64,000 nt of DNA, taken from Bacteroidales bacterium. Its GTDB lineage: Bacteria > Bacteroidota > Bacteroidia > Bacteroidales > B18-G4. Positions 1 to 12,240 of this stretch are shown here, one piece after another. Both the position numbers and the translations under genes were made by a program. The notes under the pieces are model-generated. The model was not told the origin of the DNA and did no database searches. It saw nothing but the letters and a program-made list of their open reading frames with translations. Each line of letters starts with the position of its first letter. The first letter of the stretch is position 1. The DNA lies in NCBI GenBank assembly GCA_032250805.1, contig JAVVEM010000013.1:8268-72267 (forward strand). Reading direction: 5' to 3'.

Positions 1-1347
1 CAGGATTATCCGGGGTTTTATCTGAGGGGAGGGACGGGGAAATATTCTCTCAAAGCCCGCTTTCCAAGGGTGGTGGTTGGCGAAGAGCTCAGGAACGATC
101 GTGATCTGGTGCCTGTATCCAGAGCCGGCTATATAGCAAAAGTTAATGGAAAACGGAGTTTCCCATGGAGGATCATAGCCATAGCCGAAAATGATAAAGA
201 CCTGATCACCAACCAGATGGTATTCCTGCTTTCGGAACCATGCAAAATTGAAGACCCTTCGTGGATCAGGCCCGGCAAGGTGGCCTGGGACTGGTGGAAC
301 TATAACAATGTATATAAGGTTGACTTTGAAGCCGGGATCAATACTGCCACATATAAGCATTATATCGACTTTGCTTCCGATCACAAGATTGAATACATCA
401 TCCTTGATGAGGGCTGGTACGCCCTTGGTGACCTTACAAAACTTAACCCCAACATCGATATGGAAGCCTTGCTGGCTTATGGAAAAGAGAAAAATGTTGG
501 CATTATCCTGTGGGTGGTATGGAAAACCCTCGATGATCAACTGGAAGAAATAATGCCTGTTTTCGAAGACTGGGGTATTGCGGGCCTGAAGGTCGATTTT
601 ATGCAGCGCGACGACCAGTGGATGGTAAACTACTACTGGCGCATTGCTGAGGAAGCTGCCAGGCGGAAGTTCCTGGTCGACTTTCACGGAAGCTATAAGC
701 CGGCAGGCCTGCACCGTACCTGGCCCAATGTGATCACACGTGAGGGGGTGCGGGGCATGGAATGGAGCAAATGGAGCGATGCCGCTTCACCTGTTGGAGC
801 CGTAACCCTGCCGTTTATCAGGATGCTTGCCGGGCCAATGGACTATACCCCGGGTGCAATGATAAATGCAACCAAAGAAAACTTCCGGCCGGTTATGCGA
901 AAGCCCATGAGCCAGGGTACACGTGCCCAGCAATTGGCCATGTATGTAGTATTTGAAAGCCCGCTGCAAATGCTCGCCGATAATCCAACCCACTATATGG
1001 AAGAGCCCGAATGTATGCAGTTTCTCTCGGAAGTGCCTGTGGTTTGGGACGAAACTGTTGTACTCGACGCCGAAGTGGGCGAATACGTGCTTATCGCCCG
1101 CCGTAATGGTTACAAGTGGTATATTGGAGCAATGACCAATTGGAGCGGGAGGGATCTGGAGGTCAGCCTCGATTTCCTGGGTGAAAGAAAGTTTGAAGCC
1201 GATATTTGGAAAGACGGCCCCAATGCACATCGCAATGCAAACGATTATAAAACGGAAAGCATGATCGTGGATAAGAATTCAAAGATGAAAATACATCTCG
1301 CCCCGGGCGGCGGATGGGCTGCAATATTGAGTGTGGCCAGACTTTAG
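1..1347 (+). CDS. Glycoside hydrolase family 97 (alpha-glucosidase/alpha-galactosidase type), C-terminal ~448 aa; 5' end lies outside the window
   Basis: Frame 1 is open from base 1, with no stop before the listed ORF at 70. The translation contains GLKVDFMQRDDQWMVNYYW and FHGSYKPAGLHRTWPNVITREGVRGMEW, which I recognise as the GH97 (SusB-type) catalytic barrel region. Confidence 0.8.
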   Translation, partial: QDYPGFYLRGGTGKYSLKARFPRVVVGEELRNDRDLVPVSRAGYIAKVNGKRSFPWRIIAIAENDKDLITNQMVFLLSEPCKIEDPSWIRPGKVAWDWWNYNNVYKVDFEAGINTATYKHYIDFASDHKIEYIILDEGWYALGDLTKLNPNIDMEALLAYGKEKNVGIILWVVWKTLDDQLEEIMPVFEDWGIAGLKVDFMQRDDQWMVNYYWRIAEEAARRKFLVDFHGSYKPAGLHRTWPNVITREGVRGMEWSKWSDAASPVGAVTLPFIRMLAGPMDYTPGAMINATKENFRPVMRKPMSQGTRAQQLAMYVVFESPLQMLADNPTHYMEEPECMQFLSEVPVVWDETVVLDAEVGEYVLIARRNGYKWYIGAMTNWSGRDLEVSLDFLGERKFEADIWKDGPNAHRNANDYKTESMIVDKNSKMKIHLAPGGGWAAILSVARL

Positions 1348-1430
1348 CAGCAGATGAGTGAACATGTTTTTTAAGAATCCGGGAAACCTGCTAAATTTGT
1401 ATTTTGCACTGATAACTAACAAAACACCTG

Positions 1431-2696
1431 ATGAACGACCGTAGAAATAATTACCTCATCCCCATTATTATTATTGGAGCCCTCTTTTTTATTTTCGGAT
1501 TTGTTACCTGGCTGAATGCCACACTGATCCCTTATTTAAAAATTGCCTGTGAACTCACAACTTTCGAGTCGTTCTGGGTAACCTTTGCCTTCTATATCTC
1601 ATATTTTGTGATGGCCCTGCCTTCATCCTACGTCTTAAAAAAGACAGGTTTCAAGAATGGCATGTCGCTCGGCCTGATCACAATGGCTGTCGGGGCGCTG
1701 GTGTTTATACCCGCTGCTATGACGCGCACATATGGTGCTTTCCTTGCAGGCCTTTTTGTTCAGGGTACCGGCCTGGCCATATTGCAAACAGCTTCCAACC
1801 CCTATGTTACAATTTTAGGTCCCATCGAAAGTGCGGCCAAAAGGATAAGTATTATGGGGGTGGCCAACAAGTTTGCCGGCATATTGAGCCCGGTCATCCT
1901 TGGAGCCATCCTGCTTGAAGGAGCCGATAAGCTTACCATAGATATTGAGACTATGGATGCCGGGGCCAGGGCTGTTGTACTCGACGATCTGGCGGCGAAA
2001 GTAATTCTTCCCTATATCGTAATGGCGGGTATCCTGGTATTGCTTGCAGGCCTTGTGCGTTTTTCGTCCCTGCCCGATATCGATCAGGAGGATGAAGAAG
2101 TAAACGACAGGGAAAAGGCCCGCACCAGCATATGGCAATATCCATACCTGCTTTTGGGAGTTTTATCAATATTTGTATATGTCGGTGTCGAAGTGATCGC
2201 CGTCGATACGTTGATACAATATGGAAGTACACTGGGTTTCGAACTCTCGGAGGCAAAGTTCTTTGCTTCCTTTACCCTGATCGGGATGATCATCGGATAT
2301 TTTGTTGGCATTTTTGCAATACCAAGGTACTTGTCGCAGGCAAATGCACTCAAATATTTTGCTATTCTGGGAGTGCTTTTTTCGGTAATGGCAACCCTTA
2401 CCGACGGCTACACCTCCATTCTGATGATTGCCTCCCTTGGCTTTGCCAACTCTATTATGTGGCCGGCCATATGGCCCCTGGCCATCGAAGGACTCGGAAA
2501 ATTCATTAAAACCGGCTCGGCTTTGCTCATTATGGGCATTGCGGGCGGTGCCCTGCTGCCCCTTCTTTATGGTTACCTTGCCGATCTCGAACCGGTAGGG
2601 CCGACACAGGCATACTGGGTAATGGTTCCCTGCTATATGTTCATTATTTACTATGCAACATATGGTCATAAAATTGGAAAAAAAACTAAAGCATAA
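1431..2696 (+). CDS. MFS sugar:H+ symporter (FucP/GluP-like hexose transporter)
   Basis: 421 aa with a ~12-TM hydrophobicity pattern and a central charged loop (DIDQEDEEVNDREKAR). Length and N-terminal region are typical of the fucose/glucose/galactose permease subfamily. It sits inside a glycoside hydrolase gene string. Confidence 0.8.
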   Translation: MNDRRNNYLIPIIIIGALFFIFGFVTWLNATLIPYLKIACELTTFESFWVTFAFYISYFVMALPSSYVLKKTGFKNGMSLGLITMAVGALVFIPAAMTRTYGAFLAGLFVQGTGLAILQTASNPYVTILGPIESAAKRISIMGVANKFAGILSPVILGAILLEGADKLTIDIETMDAGARAVVLDDLAAKVILPYIVMAGILVLLAGLVRFSSLPDIDQEDEEVNDREKARTSIWQYPYLLLGVLSIFVYVGVEVIAVDTLIQYGSTLGFELSEAKFFASFTLIGMIIGYFVGIFAIPRYLSQANALKYFAILGVLFSVMATLTDGYTSILMIASLGFANSIMWPAIWPLAIEGLGKFIKTGSALLIMGIAGGALLPLLYGYLADLEPVGPTQAYWVMVPCYMFIIYYATYGHKIGKKTKA

Positions 2697-2703
2697 GCTT
2701 GCT

Positions 2704-3606
2704 ATGAAACCAACTTTATTAATCCTTGCCGCCGGGATCGGAAGCCGTTATGGTGGCGTGAAACAAATGGATGCCATTGGCCCCGGAGGCGAGAGCATAA
2801 TCGACTATTCAGTATATGATGCCATCAGGGCCGGCTTTGCAAAGATCGTCTTCGTGATCAGCAAACAGATCGAAACCGACTTTAAGAAGATATGGGAGCC
2901 CAGGCTGGCCGGACGCATCAACCATGCTTTCGTGATCCAGGATCCTGACGACCTGCCTGGAGGTTTTCAAAGGCCCCCCGATCGCGTTAAACCCTGGGGT
3001 ACCGGGCAGGCCGTACTGGCAGGCAGGCATGCCATTGATACACCCTTTGCCGTGATCAATGCCGACGATTTCTATGGCAGGGAGGCATACAGGCTGATAT
3101 CTGAATACCTCAGCGAAAATCCCGAACCGGCAAAATACTGCATGGTTGGTTACCAGCTTCGCAATACCTTATCGGAATATGGAACCGTGTCGCGGGGGGT
3201 ATGCGCTTTCGATGATGATCGTTACCTGACTGAAATAACCGAAATTACCAACATCGGAAAAAAAGGCGATACAACAGGCTACGAAACAAAGGAAAATAAA
3301 TTTGCAGAGCTTTCGGGCAATACGCTTGTCTCGATGAATATCTGGGGATTTAAGCCGGGCCTGTTCCAAAACCTGGCTTCGGGCTTTCAGACATTTCTCG
3401 AAAGCAACATCAACAACAATAAGGCCGAGTTCCTGCTGCCCTCAGTGATCAATGAGATGGTGAAAAAAGGGCAGGTAAGCGTAAAGATGCTCGAAACTGA
3501 TTTTCCCTGGTTCGGTGTAACATACAGGGACGACAGGCCGGCCACGGTAAAAAAGATCAATGATATGATAGAAAAGGGGGATTATCCCCCCGAAATATGG
3601 AGATAA
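2704..3606 (+). CDS. Sugar-1-phosphate nucleotidyltransferase (NTP_transferase fold), specificity unknown
   Basis: The ATG at 2704 gives MKPTLLILAAGIGSRYGGVKQ, the G-x-G-S/T-R nucleotide-binding loop of sugar nucleotidyltransferases, followed by INADDFYG. The listed ORF start at 2653 overlaps the MFS gene and is unlikely. Confidence 0.7.
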   Translation: MKPTLLILAAGIGSRYGGVKQMDAIGPGGESIIDYSVYDAIRAGFAKIVFVISKQIETDFKKIWEPRLAGRINHAFVIQDPDDLPGGFQRPPDRVKPWGTGQAVLAGRHAIDTPFAVINADDFYGREAYRLISEYLSENPEPAKYCMVGYQLRNTLSEYGTVSRGVCAFDDDRYLTEITEITNIGKKGDTTGYETKENKFAELSGNTLVSMNIWGFKPGLFQNLASGFQTFLESNINNNKAEFLLPSVINEMVKKGQVSVKMLETDFPWFGVTYRDDRPATVKKINDMIEKGDYPPEIWR

Positions 3607-4694
3607 TTATGGGCGAAACCAGATTTTCAGAAATTTTAATTAACTACGGCATCGATCCTGAAGTATGTAACATCAGCGAGTTTACACGCGGACATATCAA
3701 TGATTCATACATCGTTGAGGTGCAGCAGTCATACCGTTTCTTTCTGCAACGCATTAATCATCATGTGTTTAAAGATCCTGGCGGGCTCATCGAAAATCAT
3801 GTGAAAGTGAATGATGCCATGGCCGCACATTATGGTGGAGAGAAAAAAAGCCCCTATCCGCGCATTATCAAAAACAAAGACCAAAAATATTTTTGTAACG
3901 ATCGTGAAGGTAATTTCTGGCGGTTATTGGAATTTGTTCCCGGCAGCCGCTCATTTAATATTGCCTCCACAAGCGCGATCGCTTATGAAGGGGCAGCAGC
4001 CTTCGGTGCTTTTCAAACGGTTATGAACAAGGAGAGACCGTCGGCATATATAACTACAATACCTGGCTTTCACCACCTGGGTAACAGGCTGCGCCAACTG
4101 CAGAAGGCTGTGGAGGTTAATCCCAAAGGGCGCGTGAACAACGCCCGCCCCGAGATTACCTTTGTATTCGACCGTATGGAATATGCCACAAAACTGGAGA
4201 AACTTCTCCTGAAAAAGATCATCCCCCTAAGGGTAACGCATAACGATACAAAACTCAATAATGTACTGTTTAAAGAGAATGAGATAAAATACATTTGCGT
4301 TGTCGATCTCGATACGGTGATGCCGGGAACTGTTCTATATGACTATGGCGATATGGTGCGCACATTTACAAGTCCGGTTGAAGAAGATGAACCGGATCCG
4401 TCAAAAGTGCTGCTGCGAACGGATATTTTTGAAGCCCTTACAAAAGGTTATCTAGGGGCATTGAAAGACAGTCTTACAACAGGCGAAAAAGAACACCTTC
4501 TTTTTGGGGCAAAAGTAATGCTGCTGATGATCGGTACGCGTTTTCTTACCGATTTTCTCGAAGGCGACCATTACTTCAAAATAGCCAGAAAAGAGCATAA
4601 CCTCGATCGCAGCAGGAATCAGTTTGCACTGCTGAAACAGTTGGAGGATAAAGAAAACAGACTGCAGGCGATCATCAGGTCGTGCCTGCAATAA
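3597..4694 (+). CDS. APH-fold anomeric sugar kinase (N-acetylhexosamine 1-kinase NahK-like)
   Basis: Contains the Brenner-type catalytic motif THNDTKLNN, with a metal-binding DLD 20 residues after the catalytic Asp. At 361-365 aa it is NahK-sized. Its start overlaps the stop of the nucleotidyltransferase by 10 nt (alternative ATG at 3609), implying translational coupling. Confidence 0.65.
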   Translation: MEIIMGETRFSEILINYGIDPEVCNISEFTRGHINDSYIVEVQQSYRFFLQRINHHVFKDPGGLIENHVKVNDAMAAHYGGEKKSPYPRIIKNKDQKYFCNDREGNFWRLLEFVPGSRSFNIASTSAIAYEGAAAFGAFQTVMNKERPSAYITTIPGFHHLGNRLRQLQKAVEVNPKGRVNNARPEITFVFDRMEYATKLEKLLLKKIIPLRVTHNDTKLNNVLFKENEIKYICVVDLDTVMPGTVLYDYGDMVRTFTSPVEEDEPDPSKVLLRTDIFEALTKGYLGALKDSLTTGEKEHLLFGAKVMLLMIGTRFLTDFLEGDHYFKIARKEHNLDRSRNQFALLKQLEDKENRLQAIIRSCLQ

Positions 4695-4723
4695 TGAGCC
4701 TGGCTCAATGCAAGCAATTGTAA

Positions 4724-7870
<3,147 letters not shown>

Positions 7871-7941
7871 GCTTTAAATTACTTCATGCATATACCGCGG
7901 TGAATGCCATGAAAATATTGTATACTAAAAATTTTTACCCA

Positions 7942-10923
7942 ATGCATAAACAACAAAATCTAAAGACTTTCATTCTTAGCCTTTCATTCATTGTTTTGAT
8001 TTTAACGGCTTGTGAAAATGATAAGCGGCCCGAAACTCCTGCCGGCTATGTTAATCCTTTTATTGGCACCGACGGGCACGGACATACATATCCCGGGGCG
8101 ATGGTCCCTTTTGGTATGGTACAGCTCAGCCCCGATACGCGCAAAGACAGCTGGGACGGTTGTTCGGGATACCATTACAGCGATGACAGGATCTATGGGT
8201 TCAGCCACACCCACCTGAGTGGCACCGGGGTTGGCGATTATGGCGATATCAGGCTTATGCCCTGGAGCGGGAATATCGATACCTTGCTCGGGATCTGCGA
8301 AAAGAAACAATTGCCCTATGCCACATTTTCGCATGATGAGGAAAAAGCAGGAGCGGGATATTACGAAGTTGAATTCAGGGAACCGGGCATTGAAGTGGAA
8401 CTGGCCGTTGGACAAAGAAGCGGATTTCATGTGTATGAGTTTGAGGATGAAGAAAACAAATTTGTGTATCTCGACCTCTACGAGGGAGCCACATCAGATA
8501 ATATCCTCGGCCTGGAGCTTAACATCGTGAATGAAAACACCCTTTCAGGCTTGAAAAGGACGCAGGGCTGGGCACAGGATCAGTATGTGTATTTCTATGC
8601 CGTATTTTCTGAACCATTTAACGAAGTGATGGTGCTGGAGAATGGCAAACGAATTGATGGGAGCACCTTTTCTTCATCTGAAGACCTGAAAGCGATCCTT
8701 TCCTTTACGGGTGATCAGGAAAAGATCATGGCTAAAGTAGGGATCTCGGCAGTGGATACGGAAGGCGCGCGGAAGAACCTTGAATCGGAGATCCCGGCGT
8801 GGGATTTTAATGGCCTGAAACAAAAAGCTTTTGATTCGTGGAATGAGGAACTGGGCCGGATCGAAGTGGAGGGCGGCACCAAAGAGCAAAAAATTATTTT
8901 TTATACTGCTTTGTACCATGCATATCTGGCTCCTTATATTTATTCTGATGTTGATGGCCGCTATCGCGGGCATGACATGGAAATACATACTGCCGATGGA
9001 TTTGAGATGTATACCGTTTTTTCGTTATGGGATACTTTCAGGGCTTTGCATCCTCTCTTCACGATCACACAACAGCAAAGAACCAACGATCTTATTAAGT
9101 CAATGATTGATATGTATGATAAGGGTGGTTTGCTGCCCGTTTGGGAACTCGCAGCAAACGAAACCTGGTGTATGATCGGTTATCACTCCGTTCCCGTCAT
9201 TGCCGATGCATATCTGAAAGGTATCCGTGGCTACGATGTTGCGAAAGCTTTTGAAGCCATGAAAAAAAGCAGTATGACCGACCGCGAAGGTCTCAAATAT
9301 TACCGGCAATATGGATATATCCCGGCCGACCTTGATGGGTCGTCGGTTTCAAAAACGCTCGAATATGCCTACGACGACTGGTGTATTGCCACCATGGGAA
9401 AAGAACTGGGCCATGATGAAGATTATGCATACTATATCAAGCGGGCCCAGTACTATAAGAACATCTTCGATCCCGGCACGGGATTTATGCGCGGCCGAAT
9501 GAATGGAATGTGGGTAACCCCCTTTGATCCTGTGGAGGTAAACTTTATGCTTACCGAAGCAAATACCTGGCAGTATACTTTTTTTGTGCCACAGGATGTA
9601 AGCGGAATGATGCAATTGTTGGGGGGACTGGAAAAATTCAGTAAAAAGCTCGATGAAATGTTCAAGGCTGCCACCGGTATGAGCGGACGTCACCAGAGCG
9701 ATATCACCGGGCTGATAGGGCAATATGCACACGGAAATGAGCCAAGCCACCATATGGCATACCTCTATAATTTTTGCGGCGAACCCTGGAAAACCCAGGA
9801 ACTCGTCAGGGAGATCATGTCCGGACAATACAGCGACAAGCCTGATGGCCTTTGTGGCAATGAAGACTGCGGGCAGATGTCGGCATGGTACGTGCTTAGC
9901 GCCATGGGATTTTACCCTGTTACCCCCGGAACAAATTATTATGTTACCGGAAGCCCTGTGTTCGATAAGATTACGATCCGCCTTGAAAACGGGAATACCT
10001 GTGTGATCGAGGCAAAAAATAACTCACCGGAAAATAAATACATTCAGTCGGCAACGCTCAACGGCAATCCCCTTATGCAATCATATATTTTATACGAAAA
10101 TATTATGGATGGAGGCCATTTTGTGTTTGAGATGGGCCCACTGCCAAACAAGCTATGGGGGACCGGCGAAGACAATATTCCCGTAACCGGCATAAACGAT
10201 GAGCTGATCACTCCTGCACCTTACCTTAGTGCCGGTTCGCGCACTTTTACCCATAGCATAACAGTGGGCATGGATTGCCTCAACCCTGAGGCAGTGATCT
10301 ATTATACCATCGATGGCAGTGAACCAGGCCTGAATTCGAAAATATTTACAGCTGATTTCACACTCACAGAAAATACGACAGTGAGGGCTTTCGCTCTTGC
10401 ACCCGGAAAACACCGCAGCAAGACGGTTGGCGGAGTATTCAGCCACATGCCTGCCGGACGAAAAGTGACCTACAATACCTCCTATGATCCGCAATATACT
10501 GCCGGGGGCGAAGTCGCTCTGATCGACCTGATCCGGGGCAGCGACAATTTCCAGACAGGATCATGGCAGGGATTTCACGGAGTGGATGTTGATGTTCTTG
10601 TTGATCTTGGTGAATTGCAAAAAGTTGATATGATCAGTGCCGGATTCCTGCAGGATCAGAACAGTTGGATATTTATGCCTGAATATGTTGTATTTTCGGT
10701 TTCTGCCGATGGTGTGAATTATGAAATGCTGGCAAAAGAGAACAATAGGATCGATGCAAAAAAGGATGGCAGAATTACGCATAACTTTTCTGTTATTCCG
10801 CCCGGCGAAATGATCCGGTTCGTGAAGGTATATGCCAAAAACCGGGGCACATGCCCCGAATGGCATCCAGGGGCAGGCGAGCCGGCCTGGTTGTTTATTG
10901 ATGAGGTGAGTTTCGGGCATTAA
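7942..10923 (+). CDS. GH92 alpha-mannosidase lipoprotein with C-terminal chitobiase-C-like and discoidin (F5/8 type C, CBM32-like) domains
   Basis: GH92 hallmarks are VNPFIGTDGHGHTYPGAMVPFGMVQLSPDT, FSHTHLSGTG, HGNEPSHHMAYLY and GNEDCGQMSAWYV. A lipobox (LILTAC) follows the ATG at 7942; alternative starts are at 7909 and 7900. The extra ~250 aa C-terminus (AVIYYTIDGSEPG, then a discoidin-like region) suggests glycan binding. Confidence 0.9.
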   Translation: MHKQQNLKTFILSLSFIVLILTACENDKRPETPAGYVNPFIGTDGHGHTYPGAMVPFGMVQLSPDTRKDSWDGCSGYHYSDDRIYGFSHTHLSGTGVGDYGDIRLMPWSGNIDTLLGICEKKQLPYATFSHDEEKAGAGYYEVEFREPGIEVELAVGQRSGFHVYEFEDEENKFVYLDLYEGATSDNILGLELNIVNENTLSGLKRTQGWAQDQYVYFYAVFSEPFNEVMVLENGKRIDGSTFSSSEDLKAILSFTGDQEKIMAKVGISAVDTEGARKNLESEIPAWDFNGLKQKAFDSWNEELGRIEVEGGTKEQKIIFYTALYHAYLAPYIYSDVDGRYRGHDMEIHTADGFEMYTVFSLWDTFRALHPLFTITQQQRTNDLIKSMIDMYDKGGLLPVWELAANETWCMIGYHSVPVIADAYLKGIRGYDVAKAFEAMKKSSMTDREGLKYYRQYGYIPADLDGSSVSKTLEYAYDDWCIATMGKELGHDEDYAYYIKRAQYYKNIFDPGTGFMRGRMNGMWVTPFDPVEVNFMLTEANTWQYTFFVPQDVSGMMQLLGGLEKFSKKLDEMFKAATGMSGRHQSDITGLIGQYAHGNEPSHHMAYLYNFCGEPWKTQELVREIMSGQYSDKPDGLCGNEDCGQMSAWYVLSAMGFYPVTPGTNYYVTGSPVFDKITIRLENGNTCVIEAKNNSPENKYIQSATLNGNPLMQSYILYENIMDGGHFVFEMGPLPNKLWGTGEDNIPVTGINDELITPAPYLSAGSRTFTHSITVGMDCLNPEAVIYYTIDGSEPGLNSKIFTADFTLTENTTVRAFALAPGKHRSKTVGGVFSHMPAGRKVTYNTSYDPQYTAGGEVALIDLIRGSDNFQTGSWQGFHGVDVDVLVDLGELQKVDMISAGFLQDQNSWIFMPEYVVFSVSADGVNYEMLAKENNRIDAKKDGRITHNFSVIPPGEMIRFVKVYAKNRGTCPEWHPGAGEPAWLFIDEVSFGH

Positions 10924-10943
10924 CAGCCTGAAGACTCTTGCGG

Positions 10944-11582
10944 CTATTTATATTTTTTGCCGAGGTAATCGGCAATGCCATTGCTGCTCTTGGTCACACC
11001 TTCATCGCCCTTATGCCAGTCGGCAGGGCATACCTGCCCGTGTTCTTCAAAAAACTGAAGGGCATCGACGGTTCGCAGCGCTTCTTCAACACTTCTTCCC
11101 AGCGGATCGTCATTCACCACCTGGTGACGCACAACTCCCTGTTTATCGATCAAAAAGAGGCCACGGTAAGCAACGGGTTCGCCTTCAAATTCCATCTCAC
11201 CATCCTCATTGTAGTCGTATTCTCCGGCCAATACATCATAGTTCTCCGAAATGGTTTTTGAAAGATCGGAAACAAGTGGGAAAGTTACGCCCTTGATGCC
11301 ACCATTTTTTACATCGGTGTTGAGCCATGCCCAGTGCGAGTGATGCGAATCAGTTGAACAACCAACCACAGCAACGTTACGCTTCTCGAATTCTTCGAGT
11401 TTTTCCTGGAAAGCCAGGATCTCGGTCGGACAAACAAAAGTAAAGTCGAGAGGGTAAAAGAAGAAAATTACATGCTTCTTTCCAATATACTGGTCAAGAG
11501 AAAATTTTTCAACAAACTCGCCCCCATTCACAACTGCAGTTGCTTCGAAGAGGGGGGCTTTTTTTCCAACTAAAACTGACAT
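10944..11582 (-). CDS. Typical 2-Cys peroxiredoxin (AhpC/Prx1 family)
   Basis: Peroxidatic Cys motif FFFYPLDFTFVCPTEI and resolving Cys motif VCPADW; 212 aa. Confidence 0.93.
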   Translation of the reverse strand: MSVLVGKKAPLFEATAVVNGGEFVEKFSLDQYIGKKHVIFFFYPLDFTFVCPTEILAFQEKLEEFEKRNVAVVGCSTDSHHSHWAWLNTDVKNGGIKGVTFPLVSDLSKTISENYDVLAGEYDYNEDGEMEFEGEPVAYRGLFLIDKQGVVRHQVVNDDPLGRSVEEALRTVDALQFFEEHGQVCPADWHKGDEGVTKSSNGIADYLGKKYK

Positions 11583-11616
11583 AATTTATTCGTTTAATTA
11601 AGGGTTTATTTTTTTG

Positions 11617-11624
11617 CAAATATA
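11617..11624 (-). promoter_or_regulatory. Bacteroidota -7 promoter box (TATATTTG) for the peroxiredoxin gene
   Basis: The reverse complement of caaatata matches TAnnTTTG. It lies 35 nt upstream of the ATG at 11582. Confidence 0.5.
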
Positions 11625-11695
11625 TTGAATAATATCTTATTTAGAAAGGGTATAATTAATTTGATTGATTCAATCCATCAGACCCCCTGAGTTTA

Positions 11696-12106
11696 TTATT
11701 TATTCCTTACCATCATACCACCAAGCCAGGCCATGGGGATATAGGCAAAAATAAGGTCGAGGGTGTTGAACCATAGCGGCGACGGAAGCATAAATACATT
11801 AATTATGCCTCCCACCAGGAAAAAGACACCAACCACCATAGCGATCGTCATTTTTTGCTTTGCTGCGATCAGGGCGGCGATGAGGCCTCCTGTCAGGGTG
11901 CCCAGGGCATGTGCAAGGAATGGGAAAACAAAATGCTTCGGGCCAAATAAATGCATTCCCGACTTCAGGCCGTCCATGCTGCTGGTATCCACGCCTTCGG
12001 GGGGTGGAATAATGAAACCGCTGATCATGATCAAGCCCATATTTACGACACTCCCGGCTATGATCCCCGCAATGATCGCCAATACATTTCTGATAATTGG
12101 ATTCAT
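11696..12106 (-). CDS. Small integral membrane protein (about 4 TM), unknown function
   Basis: 136 aa, Gly/Ala/Ile-rich with four hydrophobic spans. I recognise no family motif. Confidence 0.5.
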   Translation of the reverse strand: MNPIIRNVLAIIAGIIAGSVVNMGLIMISGFIIPPPEGVDTSSMDGLKSGMHLFGPKHFVFPFLAHALGTLTGGLIAALIAAKQKMTIAMVVGVFFLVGGIINVFMLPSPLWFNTLDLIFAYIPMAWLGGMMVRNK

Positions 12107-12240
12107 AAGATGACATATTTTATGTTGTTCGCATCAAATATAAGGCATTCGTGATGCGAATCAAAGCATTTCATGATAAGCTGCTGACAAAAGAAAGGTA
12201 AAATCTGAAGAAATTAAAAAGAGTTTCCGCGTTGAATATG

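Noticed and set aside
10938-11261. 107-aa ORF on the plus strand after the GH92 gene
   Set aside because: It overlaps the peroxiredoxin gene on the opposite strand, and the peroxiredoxin has both catalytic Cys motifs.
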